From IMG/VR virus record IMGVR_UViG_3300029288_007060, positions 1 to 64,000 of that record: DNA of 64,000 nucleotides; one strand, given 5' to 3'. Source of the stretch: a virus (lineage: Duplodnaviria; Caudoviricetes). Both the position numbers and the translations under genes were made by a program. The notes beneath the pieces were generated by a model, which had not been told where the DNA came from, searched no databases, and saw only the letters and a list, made by a program, of their open reading frames with translations. Shown one piece after another: positions 37,286 through 47,260 of the stretch. Numbering within the stretch: the stretch's first letter is position 1; every line of letters starts with the position of its first letter.

Positions 37286-38026
37286 TTATTCTCCATTATG
37301 TTTTTTAAAAAATGATTCAAATTTCTCTACATTCATTGATATATCGGATGGCAGTATGACATTTTTTATCTCATTTTTTGACATCGGCTGAACATTTTCG
37401 TTCCTACGCTTTGCCAGCTCAAAAATAGATTTTCGCTTTGTGCCTACATTATACACTCCAAAAGCATCATTTTTTATAAGAAAGCTTATTTTTCTTGCAA
37501 TAATATCAATATAATCTGCCGAAGTATATATATCTGAAAAAGCCTTTTGGTATTGCCAAACAGATGGCTTAAAACTTGTTCTAATAATCAAATCCTTTGT
37601 TCCAATGTATGCTTCCCCAGCAAGTTTCGTAAATGAATAAAAATTAACCGGACATGTAATATCTGTCTCTTTATAATTTCCCGCCTTTCCCTCATAAACG
37701 TAATCTGTGGAAATGTAAGTTATAGACGCACTACAGTCGCACATTTCGCTAATAATATTTTTAGTGCCAATAATATTGGTCTCTATTGCTTGTTTTTTAT
37801 TTATTTCTGCCCCGGCAACATTGGTGTAGGCCGCACAATGTATTATTTTTTGTATATCACGCAACTCATTTGCATGCTTACAACAATACTCAACTATAGA
37901 ATGAGTATCGCTTATATTACACTCAACCCTGCCAGCCATTGGAAAATACTCAATACCGAATTCTTCGCCAACTTTTTGGAGTTCTTTGCCTAAATTTCCA
38001 CTGGCTCCTGTTAACAAACACTTCAT
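37286..38026 (-). CDS. rmlD: dTDP-4-dehydrorhamnose reductase family
   Basis: TGASGNLG, HCAAYT, ISTDYVY, YxxTK. Confidence 0.85.
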   Translation of the reverse strand: MKCLLTGASGNLGKELQKVGEEFGIEYFPMAGRVECNISDTHSIVEYCCKHANELRDIQKIIHCAAYTNVAGAEINKKQAIETNIIGTKNIISEMCDCSASITYISTDYVYEGKAGNYKETDITCPVNFYSFTKLAGEAYIGTKDLIIRTSFKPSVWQYQKAFSDIYTSADYIDIIARKISFLIKNDAFGVYNVGTKRKSIFELAKRRNENVQPMSKNEIKNVILPSDISMNVEKFESFFKKHNGE

Positions 38027-38973
38027 TTTTTTATAAACCAACTGCCATTGGAACGATACCACATTATTGTATGAGCGATAGCATCTTCAAAACTATATTG
38101 CGGCTTCCAATCTAAATTTTTTAATTTTGTGCAATCAACCGAATATCTTGTGTCATGTCCTGGCCTATCTTTAACATATTCAATAAAACTTTCGTCGGCG
38201 TTCATTATAGTCAATATAGTCTTCAATACCTCTATGTTTTCTTTTTCTGCCCCCGAGCTAATATTATAGGCCTCCCCGGGTATTCCTTTTTCAATAATAG
38301 ATTGCAACGCCCTAAAATGGTCTTTTACATATATCCACTCTCTTTTATTCTTACCATCTCCATATAGCGGTATTTTTTCCCCTTTCATTATATTTGCGAT
38401 AGCTTTTGGAATGAATTTTTCTATATGTTGCCTTGGGCCATAATTATTACTACACCTTGTGGTTATAACTGGAAGACCATAGGTTGTGAAATATGACTGT
38501 CCTAACAAGTCTGCTGAAGCCTTAGTGCTTGAATAAGGACTTCTTGGCTTTATTTGATCATTTTCTTTGGAATGTCCTGCCTCAACACTTCCATATATCT
38601 CATCAGTACTAATGTTAATAAACTTCTGTGGCGTATGCGCTTTAAGTGCAGCCTCTAACATGCTATGCGTTCCGACAACATTGGTGTTTACAAAGACTTT
38701 TGATCCTAAGATAGAATTATCTACGTGGCTCTCTGCCGCTGCGTGTATAACTATATCTGGCTTTTCTATTTCGAATATTTTTTTAACCAAATCATAGTCA
38801 CACACATCTCCAATGTATAACTTATGTCTCTTAACCTGCGGAACATTCAATAATGACCCCGCATATGTCAATTTGTCGATACTCACTATTTCATCTGTAG
38901 TGTGTTGCAGAAAATACAACACAACATTTGAAAAAATAAATCCGCAAGAGCCGCTTATAAGAATTTTGCTCAT
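38023..38973 (-). CDS. rmlB: dTDP-glucose 4,6-dehydratase
   Basis: DKLTYAG, AAESHVDNSI, STDEIYG, SPYSSTK, RCSNNYGP, DRPGHD. Confidence 0.95.
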   Translation of the reverse strand: MSKILISGSCGFIFSNVVLYFLQHTTDEIVSIDKLTYAGSLLNVPQVKRHKLYIGDVCDYDLVKKIFEIEKPDIVIHAAAESHVDNSILGSKVFVNTNVVGTHSMLEAALKAHTPQKFINISTDEIYGSVEAGHSKENDQIKPRSPYSSTKASADLLGQSYFTTYGLPVITTRCSNNYGPRQHIEKFIPKAIANIMKGEKIPLYGDGKNKREWIYVKDHFRALQSIIEKGIPGEAYNISSGAEKENIEVLKTILTIMNADESFIEYVKDRPGHDTRYSVDCTKLKNLDWKPQYSFEDAIAHTIMWYRSNGSWFIKK

Positions 38974-39188
38974 GTCTTATCCCTTATAATGTATTTTTTA
39001 ACCCATTCAAGATATTTGGGCATTTTTAATGGCGGTAACTGCTCTTTTATATTTTCGGGCATATCTGTGCCATTCGCTAAATTTAGCAAATCATTATACT
39101 TATTATAATACACCATTATTTTACGAAGATTGATAAATTTCTTCTCTTTTAATAAAAGGAGGTATAAATATTTGGGCTCTCTACGCAT
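38970..39188 (-). CDS. hypothetical protein
   Basis: Overlaps both neighbours (TAATG, ATGA). Confidence 0.6.
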   Translation of the reverse strand: MRREPKYLYLLLLKEKKFINLRKIMVYYNKYNDLLNLANGTDMPENIKEQLPPLKMPKYLEWVKKYIIRDKT

Positions 39189-40162
39189 TATTTTTCGTCG
39201 AAAATTATCGAAACAAAATTTTCTATTTCATCTTTTGATACTTTGGCAATCTTTGCTCCATGCAGAGCTGCTTCACAATATCTCTGGATAGATGAGCCAC
39301 AATCTGCCCAATATCCCTCTACGCTCTTATTGATAAGAGAATTATTCTTTGCGTAATGGTTGTTAACTGCACTGATTTCCAATTCTCCTCTATCACTGGG
39401 TTTTATTTTATCTATTACACCAAATACATCGTTGGTATAAAGATATAGTCCCACCACGGCCATATCGCCTATGTGTTCTTTTGGTTTTTCTATTACTTCT
39501 GTGACTTTTCCATCTGAACTCATTACTGCTACGCCGTAATCTTCTGGGTTATTTACTTTTTTTGTAAAGATACAGGCTTTATTATCTCCCATATCTAAAC
39601 CCTTATCTATTTGCTCATAATCAAAGATGTTATCTCCGAGTATAGTAACTATTGTATCATCTGGGCGAACAAAATCCTTTGCTAAATATAGAGCCTCAGA
39701 AATTCCCCCACTTCCTTCCTGAATTTTATATGATATATCCAGCCCCCACTCTTTTCCACTACCCAGCATATTGATAATGTCTTTAGCCCCATCTCTATCA
39801 ACTATGGCCAGAACCCTATAAACTCCAAATGCGCGCAATGTTTTTAGTGGATAAAAAATCATTGGGACTATTCCAATCGGCAACTCATGTTTGTTGTGAA
39901 ATTTGGTCAACGGAAACAACCTTGTTGCGCGACCACCACACAACAAAACTCCTGCATTCTTATTGTGTATATTTTTCCTACTAATTTCAGATAATTCTGA
40001 ACAACGTCCACATGTTGTTATCAAATTAGACAAATTCCAGGCCAGGCGGCCCTTTCTTTTTGTTAATTGATGTACAAATAAATTTTGTGATGTTCCACAA
40101 TGCCTACATTTATTAGCGTCGCGCTCAATACATAATTTTTTTGCATCTTGAATATATCCCAT
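39188..40162 (-). CDS. rmlA: glucose-1-phosphate thymidylyltransferase with N-terminal HNH-like Zn domain
   Basis: GGRATRLFPLT, LGDN, YGVA, EKP, SDRGELEI; N-terminal RDxxxCxxC..H..NL..CxxC. Confidence 0.88.
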   Translation of the reverse strand: MGYIQDAKKLCIERDANKCRHCGTSQNLFVHQLTKRKGRLAWNLSNLITTCGRCSELSEISRKNIHNKNAGVLLCGGRATRLFPLTKFHNKHELPIGIVPMIFYPLKTLRAFGVYRVLAIVDRDGAKDIINMLGSGKEWGLDISYKIQEGSGGISEALYLAKDFVRPDDTIVTILGDNIFDYEQIDKGLDMGDNKACIFTKKVNNPEDYGVAVMSSDGKVTEVIEKPKEHIGDMAVVGLYLYTNDVFGVIDKIKPSDRGELEISAVNNHYAKNNSLINKSVEGYWADCGSSIQRYCEAALHGAKIAKVSKDEIENFVSIIFDEK

Positions 40163-40163
40163 T

Positions 40164-40481
40164 TTATTTCTCCACAATTATTATGTCGTCTTCTATCTTA
40201 GTTCCTACTTCCAATATGGTTACATCACCCTTAAGAGCTGTTAATCTATGCATAATTTTAGGAGCAATGTGATATTTGTCTCCCTCGTTTAGTGTCTTAT
40301 TCTTTCCTTCTACGGATATCATTAAAGTTCCTTGAAGCACAAATATCGTCTGATCCATAATTTTATGATACATGTATGGGGTTTTTTCATTCTCCATTAT
40401 CACTATCATATGTGCAGAATACTTAGACGTGCTGGCCCAGCACAACTCAAATCCGTATGATTTTTTAATATAGTCCGGCAT
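40164..40481 (-). CDS. cupin domain protein
   Basis: YH..FVLQG..GDxYHIAPxxMHRL..LEVGT. Confidence 0.8.
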   Translation of the reverse strand: MPDYIKKSYGFELCWASTSKYSAHMIVIMENEKTPYMYHKIMDQTIFVLQGTLMISVEGKNKTLNEGDKYHIAPKIMHRLTALKGDVTILEVGTKIEDDIIIVEK

Positions 40482-40490
40482 CTTTATCTC

Positions 40491-41063
40491 CTATATTCCT
40501 TGGCGCAACATGCTGGCCAATATAAAAGCGTGTCCTAAACTTCTTTCAGAACAATTTAACACATCAGAAAATGACATTCCTAATTTTTCATTATCGTAAG
40601 CGTCAAAATCCCACAAGTATATTACGTCTTCTTTATTGTATAACTCTTTTAATTTTTTGTAAGCCATTGAGCACTTAACCGCCTTGAAATACAATGGAAT
40701 ATATATTGTTTTTCGGGCATCAATATATCCTAACTTCTTTCCATCCCATAGAGAATATTCTGGTATTGATCCTTTGCCCATTGGATATCTTATAGCCTTA
40801 GGATTATTCCAACCTTTAATAGCCCAATCCCAATACGATTTTGTTGGCTCACCATTTATATCTGTATGACATTTGTAAACCTTACAATACTGATATGCAT
40901 TCTCTACTGTCTTGGAAACATATCCTTCGTATAATCTGCATGGCCCTAAAAAGAAAGGGCTTAGTCCTTTGCTCCACCCACTTGCTCTAGAAACAACATA
41001 TACAAGAAGAGCATTGTTTGGTAATTTATCTTTATCTTTCGGGCCTATGACTTTGACTTGCAT
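40491..41063 (-). CDS. DUF6939/NADAR-related protein
   Basis: LSPF..VENAYQYCKV..YIDARKTIYIPLY..GHAFIL pattern. Confidence 0.55.
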   Translation of the reverse strand: MQVKVIGPKDKDKLPNNALLVYVVSRASGWSKGLSPFFLGPCRLYEGYVSKTVENAYQYCKVYKCHTDINGEPTKSYWDWAIKGWNNPKAIRYPMGKGSIPEYSLWDGKKLGYIDARKTIYIPLYFKAVKCSMAYKKLKELYNKEDVIYLWDFDAYDNEKLGMSFSDVLNCSERSLGHAFILASMLRQGI

Positions 41064-41920
41064 TATTTAATCTTTTTTGATATAACGCCGGGGATTTTTT
41101 CCCAATCTTTTTCTGGACGCCCCTCAAGATTCTGTTTCCATGCCGCTTCAATAATCTTAGGGTCAATTTCGTGCCGTTTACTAAAATCAATTAAGGCATT
41201 GATATCTTTGGGAAAACATGATCCTGATACACAAAAGCCTCCGTCATGTCCTGGGACATCACAGTGGCTGCGCCCAATGCGGCCGTCGGCCAATACCATA
41301 TCTTTTACATCATCGTATTGTATTTCTAATTTTTGACACAATTCATAAATGAAATTAAAATAGTTGACTTTGACCGCAAAAAAACAATTGGCCGCGTATT
41401 TTGTTAATTCTGCGGACTTCCAATCGGTTTTATAAATTGGCATTGAGTTACCAAAACGATGCCTATATAACTCTTCAACCCTATCTACTGGTTCTTTCTC
41501 TCCCCCAAGAATATTACGGGCCGCGCAAATAAAATCCAATTTGTTATTTCTGGCCGTAAGGAATTCGGGATTAGATACAAATTTTAAATTTGGATATTTG
41601 TTTTGAAACATTTCGTTGGTTCCTGGCAACACCGTACTCTTAATTATAGCAATTTTGTTACCTTCCGCTGACACTTTGTCATGCACTTCTTTAACCGCAC
41701 CCTCTAATATTGTTAAATCTTGATTTCCGTCTTCTTCATACATAGGCGTCGGAAGACAAAAAAACAGGTACTCACTGCTATTTATAGTGTCTTCAAGCGT
41801 ATTAAATCCTTTCTTAAATTTATCATAAATCTTAATATTGGCATGCAGCCCAAACCCATGACAAACTGCCGACCCAAGAAAACCAAATCCAATTATACCT
41901 ATATTAAAATCATTTGCCAT
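41063..41920 (-). CDS. UDP-glucose/GDP-mannose dehydrogenase family (lacks C-terminal domain)
   Basis: GFGFLG, CLPTP, IKSTVLPGT, NPEFL, AELTKY, GSCFPKD. Confidence 0.9.
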   Translation of the reverse strand: MANDFNIGIIGFGFLGSAVCHGFGLHANIKIYDKFKKGFNTLEDTINSSEYLFFCLPTPMYEEDGNQDLTILEGAVKEVHDKVSAEGNKIAIIKSTVLPGTNEMFQNKYPNLKFVSNPEFLTARNNKLDFICAARNILGGEKEPVDRVEELYRHRFGNSMPIYKTDWKSAELTKYAANCFFAVKVNYFNFIYELCQKLEIQYDDVKDMVLADGRIGRSHCDVPGHDGGFCVSGSCFPKDINALIDFSKRHEIDPKIIEAAWKQNLEGRPEKDWEKIPGVISKKIK

Positions 41921-41929
41921 TTGTGCTCC

Positions 41930-42883
41930 CTATTTACACCCAGTTTCCCACCATTTATAAGTTTTTGCCATTCCTTCGGAAAACTTAACTGTTGGGTTGT
42001 ATCCCAAAATATTCTGTGCCTTAGATATATCTGCTAAGGACTTTAAAGGATCTCCCTATCTTCTTGGAGCATCCACTCTGTTTAATTGCTTTCCCGATAA
42101 CTTACAAACCTCATCATATGTATCCATCACAGAGTAGCACTCACCGCATGCTATATTAAAACACTCTCCGCCCAAAAAAGATTCGTGCTTGGCCGCAAGT
42201 ATATTGGCCTGGACAACATTATCAACATAACAAAAATCTCTTTCTGCTTTGCCCTCGCCATCTATTCTGCACACCCCATTGTTAACTGCAGCCTCTAAAA
42301 AGGCCGGAATAACTGTAGCATATGCTGATCCTGCTCTCTGGTTTACCCCAAACACGTTGAAGTAACGAAGACAAACAGTATCCAACCCGTGTATTTCGCC
42401 GTATACCCTACAATAATACTCTCCAGCGGCCTTGTGAACCGCGTAGGGCGATTTTGGACTCAGGTGTGCAGTTTCTTTGGTTGGAAACTCGGCAACGCCA
42501 CCATAGACCGATGAGGACGAACTAAATATTACTTTTTTAACGTGTGCTAGTCTGGCCGATTCAAGAACATTTAATAGGCCCGTAATATTGTTTTTATTAG
42601 TTTCTAACGGAAAATCTATAGAATATTGGACTCTTGGCAGAGCAGCTAAAAGAAATACAATATCGCCATCTTTAAATTCGGTATAAAGGTCTATGATATT
42701 TATATCCTTGCGTATAAATTCAAAATCCCCTTTTAACCCATCAAATCTGCTATTTTTAACATTTCCATAAAATCCTGTCGCCATATTGTCTATGCCAACT
42801 ACATCATAGCCTTGTTTTACTAGCTCGTATGTAATGTTAGAGCCTATAAAACCTGCGGCGCCGAGAACTATCATTCTAGACAT
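41930..42883 (-). CDS. NAD-dependent epimerase/dehydratase with an in-frame TAG at 42056-42058
   Basis: GAAGFIG, SSSSVYG, SPYxxxK, LRYFNVFG; conserved tail GDPLKSLADISKA..LGYNP continues in frame after the TAG. Confidence 0.85.
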
Positions 42884-43143
42884 TATTTAAGCACCTCTAT
42901 AGTATCTTTTATATCTTTTTCACTAACCAGCCCTACCAAACGATTCACTTCTAATCCATCTTTAATAAAAACCAAAGTAGGTATAGACATTATTTTAAAT
43001 TGGGTCGCTAGAGCTGGATTTTCGTCTACGTCTACTTCTTCGAAATCCGCATCTTTAATTTCAGATTTAATTTTGGTATAAATTGGTGCTAGACGCTTAC
43101 AAGGCCCGCACCAAACGGCGGTGAATTTAAGAACTTTCAACAT
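42883..43143 (-). CDS. trxA: thioredoxin
   Basis: WCGPC, SIPT. Confidence 0.93.
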   Translation of the reverse strand: MLKVLKFTAVWCGPCKRLAPIYTKIKSEIKDADFEEVDVDENPALATQFKIMSIPTLVFIKDGLEVNRLVGLVSEKDIKDTIEVLK

Positions 43144-43160
43144 TATATTCTCCTTTTTTT

Positions 43161-43748
43161 TTATTTAATAGCCTTTATGCAATATACAAATCTGTCTTCT
43201 TCGCCAGACCCACCAAACCCCTTTATATTGGAACTGGAGAACTGTTTTGTGAGTAGTTGCCACCCATCTCTGGTAATTCTCCAATAGTCTTTAACTGGAT
43301 TTTGTCTTTTGGGCAGGCCGGTGCCGTCACCAAAAAACCTATAGTTGTAGGGTGCATCTATCAATAAAATTCCGCCCGGTTTTAAAATCCTATACATTTC
43401 GTCCATGGCTTTAAATGGATTCTCATAACATTCTATGGCCTGATTATTTATAATGCAGTCCCATTTATCATTCCAGTCTTTCGGCATAGCGTGGACATCT
43501 CCAAAAATATTAACTTTATTTTTAGAATCTCCGTAGAGTGGCTTATCAAACGTTATATATGATTTAATCTTAGATTTGTTTAATAGACTGTATGGAACGT
43601 CCCACCCTCCAGCAGATATATTTATTATATCTCCACTGACTTTTGGAATTTCTTGTTCTAGCCACTGAATAAGATAGAATCTAGTTTCACTATACAGTTT
43701 ACCAGCATATTCTTTGTTTTTCTTTTTTGGAAACCCGTCCATAGCCAC
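43161..43748 (-). CDS. class I SAM-dependent methyltransferase
   Basis: GDVH..EMYRILKPGG..DYWR. Confidence 0.8.
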   Translation of the reverse strand: MAMDGFPKKKNKEYAGKLYSETRFYLIQWLEQEIPKVSGDIINISAGGWDVPYSLLNKSKIKSYITFDKPLYGDSKNKVNIFGDVHAMPKDWNDKWDCIINNQAIECYENPFKAMDEMYRILKPGGILLIDAPYNYRFFGDGTGLPKRQNPVKDYWRITRDGWQLLTKQFSSSNIKGFGGSGEEDRFVYCIKAIK

Positions 43749-43753
43749 TCTCC

Positions 43754-44404
43754 TTATAAATCTATAACCACCGGATTATGTATCACATTATAATTGTCAT
43801 CGCAAATAGAAACATTTGCGAATATCCTGTTCCTTACTTTTGCTATCTGATTGGATTGCTCATGTATATGGCCGAATAGATGACATTTGAGGTTGGCTAA
43901 CTTATTGGCCCTATCTAGCAAATCCCAGCACCCCACCCTGTCTCCGGAATATGATACTTCGTCTAATATTCCGTGTGGTGGGCCATGAGTTATTAGAACA
44001 TTTGTGTCATCTGGTATTTGGGCCCATTTATCATGAAGATGCTTTCCTCTAGGCAAATTAAACGCCCAGTGTCCAAACTCCGGACTATAAGGACTTCCAT
44101 AAAACTTTATGTTTTCTATAACAACCTCGTTATCCTGTAGATAAATTGCATTTGGAATAAATAATTTAACTACCGACACATCTTTTTGGATAGGAAAATC
44201 ATGATTACCGGCCACAATTATCTTATGCTTGTGTGGTAATGATTCTATAAATTGCCCAAATTTTAATGTCTCTTGTATTGACCCACGACCAGCACTATAG
44301 TCTCCAGCAAATATAAGCACATCTCCATCTGGAATACTTAAATTTGCGTGTCCATGTGAGTCACTAAAACACACCAATCTAACCATTGCTTTCCTCATTT
44401 TCAT
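43754..44404 (-). CDS. metallophosphoesterase
   Basis: SDSH, AGD, GNHD, THGPP, GHIHE. Confidence 0.92.
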   Translation of the reverse strand: MKMRKAMVRLVCFSDSHGHANLSIPDGDVLIFAGDYSAGRGSIQETLKFGQFIESLPHKHKIIVAGNHDFPIQKDVSVVKLFIPNAIYLQDNEVVIENIKFYGSPYSPEFGHWAFNLPRGKHLHDKWAQIPDDTNVLITHGPPHGILDEVSYSGDRVGCWDLLDRANKLANLKCHLFGHIHEQSNQIAKVRNRIFANVSICDDNYNVIHNPVVIDL

Positions 44405-44891
44405 TCACAGAAACACACAAATCCTCGTTTTGCATATCTGCTAGTTCTTTTCCTATTTTTTCTGCGTCTTCTGCTGACAACTCGCCGTCAAGCCTCAATT
44501 GTTCTATTTTATTTTTAGCGTCTTCAATTGAGGAACCAGCAGTATTTTGGTCTTGTTCTTCTGACCCTTCTTTACAAGAATCTATAATCTCCTGCTCCAT
44601 TTTGGATAAGTCAACATTATCGTGTGTTACTACGTCCAGGACATCTCCTTGGTGTGCATTTCTTATCATGTCTGCCAAATTTTTTGAGTATTGGGCTAGC
44701 CAACCATTTGTAAAAACTGTTTCTCCCTTACCCGGAGGATTAAAACTATCTCTAACCAAGCGCTCTACTTTTCCTATCGGAAGCTCATCTCTCATTAACA
44801 AATAGAAAAAATCAACCAGCGGATCGTCATAAGTTATATGCCCTGTAATATCTCTAAGTTCCTTAGTTCTGGCCTCGTCATCGATTTTCAT
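44379..44891 (-). CDS. hypothetical protein
   Basis: AAGGAG RBS; ATGA overlap. Confidence 0.8.
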   Translation of the reverse strand: MKIDDEARTKELRDITGHITYDDPLVDFFYLLMRDELPIGKVERLVRDSFNPPGKGETVFTNGWLAQYSKNLADMIRNAHQGDVLDVVTHDNVDLSKMEQEIIDSCKEGSEEQDQNTAGSSIEDAKNKIEQLRLDGELSAEDAEKIGKELADMQNEDLCVSVNENEESNG

Positions 44892-45571
44892 TTACCCAAC
44901 TCCTTTAAAAAAGAATATTCGAATTGTTCTTTTTCTAACACGGAACATATTTTATTATATCTTTCCTCGTTCATATAATTGTTGGTCCAATCGCTGGTAT
45001 GTCCGTAGGCCACCATGACTGTTTCATTTGGAGGATTCGATAATAAATCCCAATTTACGCTCACCCATTTTAAATTTTTAATTGTGCCTTTGTATTTATT
45101 ATAATACACCGAATTACCAGCAATAATAAATTTTTGTTCAGTCAAAAAGGCCACGGCGTCTTTAGAAATATACCACCCTGGTGGCCGGAAGACACTATTA
45201 TACATAATGCCGGCTTTATTAAACTCATTTTTTATTTTTAATATAATCTTCGATGTTTCTGTTTTGTTCAGAAACTCGAACTCGTTGTTGTTAGAAATTG
45301 GATACTTTGTGGTCGTTCTACGATGATGGAACCCATGAAGATTTATATTGTAATTGTGTGGTAGGTCTTTGACTTTCTTAATCCATTCCTGATATTGTGA
45401 AATATAATATGGGTTTTGGCCCAATCTGGCATATGCTGCCGGAACAAATAAATCTATTTTAATTTCAGGATATTTGATTATTAGTTTGTTGCACCAATCT
45501 ATTGATTCAAAATTAAGACCGGCGTGAGGGTGCGGAGACATATCATCTAGTGATAAATTAAACTTTCGCAT
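44888..45571 (-). CDS. polysaccharide deacetylase-like protein (DUF2334)
   Basis: LSLDD, LHGFHH, EF, FRPPGW. Confidence 0.8.
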   Translation of the reverse strand: MRKFNLSLDDMSPHPHAGLNFESIDWCNKLIIKYPEIKIDLFVPAAYARLGQNPYYISQYQEWIKKVKDLPHNYNINLHGFHHRRTTTKYPISNNNEFEFLNKTETSKIILKIKNEFNKAGIMYNSVFRPPGWYISKDAVAFLTEQKFIIAGNSVYYNKYKGTIKNLKWVSVNWDLLSNPPNETVMVAYGHTSDWTNNYMNEERYNKICSVLEKEQFEYSFLKELGK

Positions 45572-46415
45572 TTTTTAAACTTGACCATATCTCATCATGT
45601 TTTTTTACAAAGTTTTCCCAAGTTAGATTTTCTACTTGTTTTCGCATGGACAGCATGGTGTCATATTTTCTATATTCCATATATTCTTTGGTCGCCCAGA
45701 ACCGCTCTAGTCTTGCCATAAATGCGTCGGCGTCGCCAAACTTCACTTTAATTATCCCTTCATTAAATTCGTCCGCTAATCCCACGCTCTCAAAACATAT
45801 AATTGGTACGCCAACGGCAAGGCCCTCCACGATTGACATAGGGCCGCCCTCTATCTTTGAAGGAGAAACAACCGCATCCAATGAGGCATAGAATTTTGGC
45901 AAATCTTGTTCTTTTACGATTCCTCCGCTAATTCTTAAATCTACAAATGATTGTTGCGCGGCTATCCTTTCCAACAACCTAGGGTTTTTTCTATCTGACG
46001 AGGCATACTGTCTTCCAACATACCCAACTATCAATTTATTTTTCGAAGTTGGCCTCTCTGCTTGCCTAAGAGCAAATTTACCGCTATCAACCCCAGGAAT
46101 GGCCTGAACAACATTGGCTCCTGCACATGTTAAAATATCCGTATACTTTTTGCTCATTGTTATTGCAACGTCTGCTGTTTTAGAACAAGAAATAAACTTA
46201 TCAAATAAGTCTTTTCTCTGCTCCTGGTGAGACGAAAAAACAGTGCATGGGTGTGCGTTGTTGGTAGCTTTCTCAAAATATGGAAGGTAGTGAGCAACAT
46301 CGCATTGTTCGGAACTGTTTACGAATATTTGATGTTTGGAAAACTTGCGAAACATAGATATAAATTTTGTGTAGACCCATCCATTATCTGAGCACCGAAT
46401 ATTTATTTTAAGCAT
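45558..46415 (-). CDS. glycosyltransferase family 4
   Basis: PGVD, GYVGR, SKIEGGPMSIVEGLAVGVP. Confidence 0.85.
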   Translation of the reverse strand: MLKINIRCSDNGWVYTKFISMFRKFSKHQIFVNSSEQCDVAHYLPYFEKATNNAHPCTVFSSHQEQRKDLFDKFISCSKTADVAITMSKKYTDILTCAGANVVQAIPGVDSGKFALRQAERPTSKNKLIVGYVGRQYASSDRKNPRLLERIAAQQSFVDLRISGGIVKEQDLPKFYASLDAVVSPSKIEGGPMSIVEGLAVGVPIICFESVGLADEFNEGIIKVKFGDADAFMARLERFWATKEYMEYRKYDTMLSMRKQVENLTWENFVKKHDEIWSSLKNAKV

Positions 46416-46456
46416 AGCTGTCTCCTCACTGTATATGATACACTGAATATAAGGAA

Positions 46457-47227
46457 TTATTTTAACTTTAGGATTGTTTTTATAAGATTGTTATACTTTT
46501 CGGCTGTAATATTTATATCTATTTGATCTTTGGGCGGGATTTCCACATTTCCAAGATTGATTATTTCTTTTCCGTGCGCGACGGCTTCTATAATGGCATT
46601 AGACACACCGTGCGTTTTTGTCGGACAAATATACGAATTGCATCCTTTTATATATGCTGAGGCAACATCCACATCCACGAGTCCTGTCCAATTAACCCAC
46701 GGGTATCGCTTCTTTAGAATTCCATATGTGTCCTCTGCAACATGCTGTCGGGACCCCAGCACCGTAATATTTCTATTATTATATTTTGCATATTTTATTG
46801 CTAACTCCACCTCTTGGCCCAGCCCTATTCTGGCTGGGGCATATAATATATCTGAGAAAATTGGGGAAATTTTATTAATATATTCAATGTCTACCCCATT
46901 ATATATTAGATTTTTTTTCGAGTGCGTGGAGGCGTTCCATCCAGACAAAGAGCTACATATCACGGCACTTAGGTCATTCGGTTGCTTTAATTGATATGAT
47001 CTTGGACCAGTCATTCTTTGTATCACTGGTATATTTAATCTTTTGGCCTGGTCATAAAATTTATTAGAATTGGAATATATAACTAAATCAGCAGACTCAC
47101 TTACCTTATTTGTGAATAGCCATTTATAATTGTTTAGTTTGGTTGCGACTCTTTTGTATCCTATTTCGGCACCCCCAACAGCCCACACTTCAAGACATAT
47201 ATTTATGCATTTCATATTAGACCACAT
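46457..47227 (-). CDS. glycosyltransferase family 4-like
   Basis: GGAE, IYNGVD, SNAIIEAVAHG. Confidence 0.8.
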   Translation of the reverse strand: MWSNMKCINICLEVWAVGGAEIGYKRVATKLNNYKWLFTNKVSESADLVIYSNSNKFYDQAKRLNIPVIQRMTGPRSYQLKQPNDLSAVICSSLSGWNASTHSKKNLIYNGVDIEYINKISPIFSDILYAPARIGLGQEVELAIKYAKYNNRNITVLGSRQHVAEDTYGILKKRYPWVNWTGLVDVDVASAYIKGCNSYICPTKTHGVSNAIIEAVAHGKEIINLGNVEIPPKDQIDINITAEKYNNLIKTILKLK

Positions 47228-47260
47228 ATTATTACGAGTATTGAATACCTTTTATAAAAA

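Noticed and set aside
41930-42883. Genome-wide TAG reassignment
   Set aside because: Only one gene is interrupted; other long genes are intact under code 11 and several end normally in TAG
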